Shown: positions 62,397-64,000 of the stretch, piece by piece
How the letters are laid out: the number at the start of each line of letters is the position of its first letter
How positions within the stretch are numbered: position 1 is the stretch's first letter
IMG/VR virus record: IMGVR_UViG_3300012974_000540
Coordinates: 29,343 to 93,342 of that record
Reading direction: 5' to 3' (one strand)
Origin: a virus
Taxonomy: Duplodnaviria > Caudoviricetes
DNA length: 64,000 nucleotides
Translations under genes and position numbers: made by a program
The notes under the pieces: generated by a model
Told to the model about the DNA's origin: nothing
Databases searched by the model: none
Seen by the model: only the letters and a program-made list of their open reading frames with translations

Positions 62397-64000
62397 TTGA
62401 ACACGATCCACCTCCACGGCCGGCTGAAGCGTTTCGGTGGGCCGTTCCGCCTCGACGTGGAAACTCCGGCGGAGGCCGTGCGCGCGCTGTGCTCGATGCT
62501 GCCGGGCTTCGGCCAGGCGGTGCGGGCGGGAAGCTGGCGCGTCATCCGTGGCAAGCGCCGCGGCGGCATGGAGCTGGATGTCGAGAGCCTGGAGATGCGT
62601 CTCGGCGGCGAGATGCACATCGCCCCGGCGCTGATCGGCGCCAAGAAGGGCGGCACGGGCAAGATCATCATCGGCGCGGTCATCCTGGCCGCCGCCATCA
62701 TCGCCGCGCCCGCCGTGGTCGGCGCCCTCGGCCCGACGCTCGGCATGGCGACGCCCATCGTCGCCGCCGGCGGCTTCAGCGTCACCTACACCTCGGTCGC
62801 CATGGTCGGCGCCGCCCTGATGCTCCAGGGCCTGAGCCAGATGCTCGCCCCGACCCCGAAGGCGGGGCCGGAGATCGACACCCGCTCCTCGTATCTGCTG
62901 GGCGGCACCGCGAACGTCGTCGAGCAGGGCTCGCCGGTTCCGCTGGTCTTCGGCAAGATCCGCACCGGCTCGGTCATCATCAGCAGCGGCACCTCGGTGC
63001 AGCGGATCGGCGCGCCCACGGAGAACCTGCGCGCCAAGCAGACCATGCGCCTGGTCCACCTGCTGAGCGAAGGCCCCATCGGCGGCGCCATCGCCAAGGA
63101 CGACAGCGCGAAGTCCGTCATCTTCGGGAACACGCCCTGGGTCGCCCAGGACGGCACGCGCAACTACAACGGCGTCAGCGTCGAGTGGCGCGGCGGCTGG
63201 CCGAACCAGGAGCCGCTGAGCGGCGTCGCCGGCCAGGAAACCACGATCCCGATCAGCGGCGGCATGGGCGTCGAGGTGACCGTGCGCAACGGGCCGGTCG
63301 TGCGCCGCTTCGATTTCACCGGCTACACCCGCGTCAAGATCACCGTGACCATCCCCTCGCTCTACGAGATGAGCAAGGGCGGCGACGTGATGCACCGCCG
63401 GGTTTACTGGCGCGTCGAGGCGCGTCCGGTCGGCTCGACCGGTGGGTGGAGCGTCCTGGAGCAGGGCACGGTCGGCGGGCGCAGCCTCTCGCCCTTCCCC
63501 CAGGAATCGATCCTGCCGGTGCCGGGCAGCGGCGAGTGGGACATCCGCCTCGTGCGCGAGACGCCCGACGCCACGCCGGACACCGACGGCGATTCCTTTG
63601 GCCCCGACGACATCCAGAACCAGACCTGGTGGACGAACGTCGTCCTGATCAGCGACCGCAAGATCCGCTACGAGCACTCGGCGCTGGCGTCGATGGAACT
63701 GGATGCCGAGCACTTCGGCAGCAGCATGCCGCCGATGCTCTTCGACATCGAAGGCATGCTGCTCCAGGTGCCGGCGAATTTCGACCCGATCAGCCGCACC
63801 TATGCGAGCACCGGGCCGGGCACCTCGGGCGGCGTCTGGGACGGCACCTTCAAGCTGGCCTGGACCGACAACCCGGCCTGGATTCTCTACAACCTCATCG
63901 TGAACGAGCGGTGGGGCCTTGGCCGCGCGCTCGCCACCAACAAGGTGGACAAGTTCGCCTTCTACGAGATCGCCGCCTATTGCGACCAGCATGTGCCGAA
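62397..64000 (+). CDS. gpI-gpJ fused tail tip/host-specificity protein, truncated by the window end
   Basis: own translation: TIHLHGRL..TPAEAVRALCS (gpI)..QGSPVPLVFG..in frame to LLSEGPIGG..WTDNPAWILY..YCDQ (gpJ). Confidence 0.85.
   Translation, partial: MNTIHLHGRLKRFGGPFRLDVETPAEAVRALCSMLPGFGQAVRAGSWRVIRGKRRGGMELDVESLEMRLGGEMHIAPALIGAKKGGTGKIIIGAVILAAAIIAAPAVVGALGPTLGMATPIVAAGGFSVTYTSVAMVGAALMLQGLSQMLAPTPKAGPEIDTRSSYLLGGTANVVEQGSPVPLVFGKIRTGSVIISSGTSVQRIGAPTENLRAKQTMRLVHLLSEGPIGGAIAKDDSAKSVIFGNTPWVAQDGTRNYNGVSVEWRGGWPNQEPLSGVAGQETTIPISGGMGVEVTVRNGPVVRRFDFTGYTRVKITVTIPSLYEMSKGGDVMHRRVYWRVEARPVGSTGGWSVLEQGTVGGRSLSPFPQESILPVPGSGEWDIRLVRETPDATPDTDGDSFGPDDIQNQTWWTNVVLISDRKIRYEHSALASMELDAEHFGSSMPPMLFDIEGMLLQVPANFDPISRTYASTGPGTSGGVWDGTFKLAWTDNPAWILYNLIVNERWGLGRALATNKVDKFAFYEIAAYCDQHVP

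Overview
About 64 kb of a high-GC, probably temperate tailed phage or prophage with a lambda-like tail tip. The host is most likely an Alphaproteobacterium (GapR, an RcGTA-like head-spike base protein and a GANTC cluster are present). Layout: (1) 1-7.4 kb and 14.7-17.8 kb are two minus-strand arrays of small accessory genes. Almost every gene or gene pair is preceded by a 40-55 nt hammerhead-ribozyme-like motif (16 type II, 2 type III, plus degenerate copies) whose core doubles as the Shine-Dalgarno sequence. (2) 7.4-14.1 kb covers replication and regulation: primase-helicase, GapR, an Rmf-like peptide, VRR-NUC and a Cro/CI-like pair. (3) 17.9-21.6 kb is the terminase; the large subunit is fractured by a naturally split intein around a free-standing GIY-YIG endonuclease. 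(4) 22.7-24.7 kb holds a tRNA-like Y RNA (YrlA), two further Y-like stems and a Ro60/Rsr gene. (5) 25-51 kb contains the portal, an accessory block, large modular head-associated proteins punctuated by L-x-K-[A/S/R] motifs, protease, scaffold and capsid. (6) 51-64 kb is neck and tail, running off the window in a gpI-gpJ fusion. No integrase, lysis cassette, reverse transcriptase or RtcB is visible in the window. The best candidate for an undescribed system is the ribozyme-punctuated gene-cassette arrays, which may yield single-gene linear or circular RNAs, possibly linked to the phage's own Ro60/Y-RNA module. All calls come from reading motifs by eye; no database search or folding program was run.
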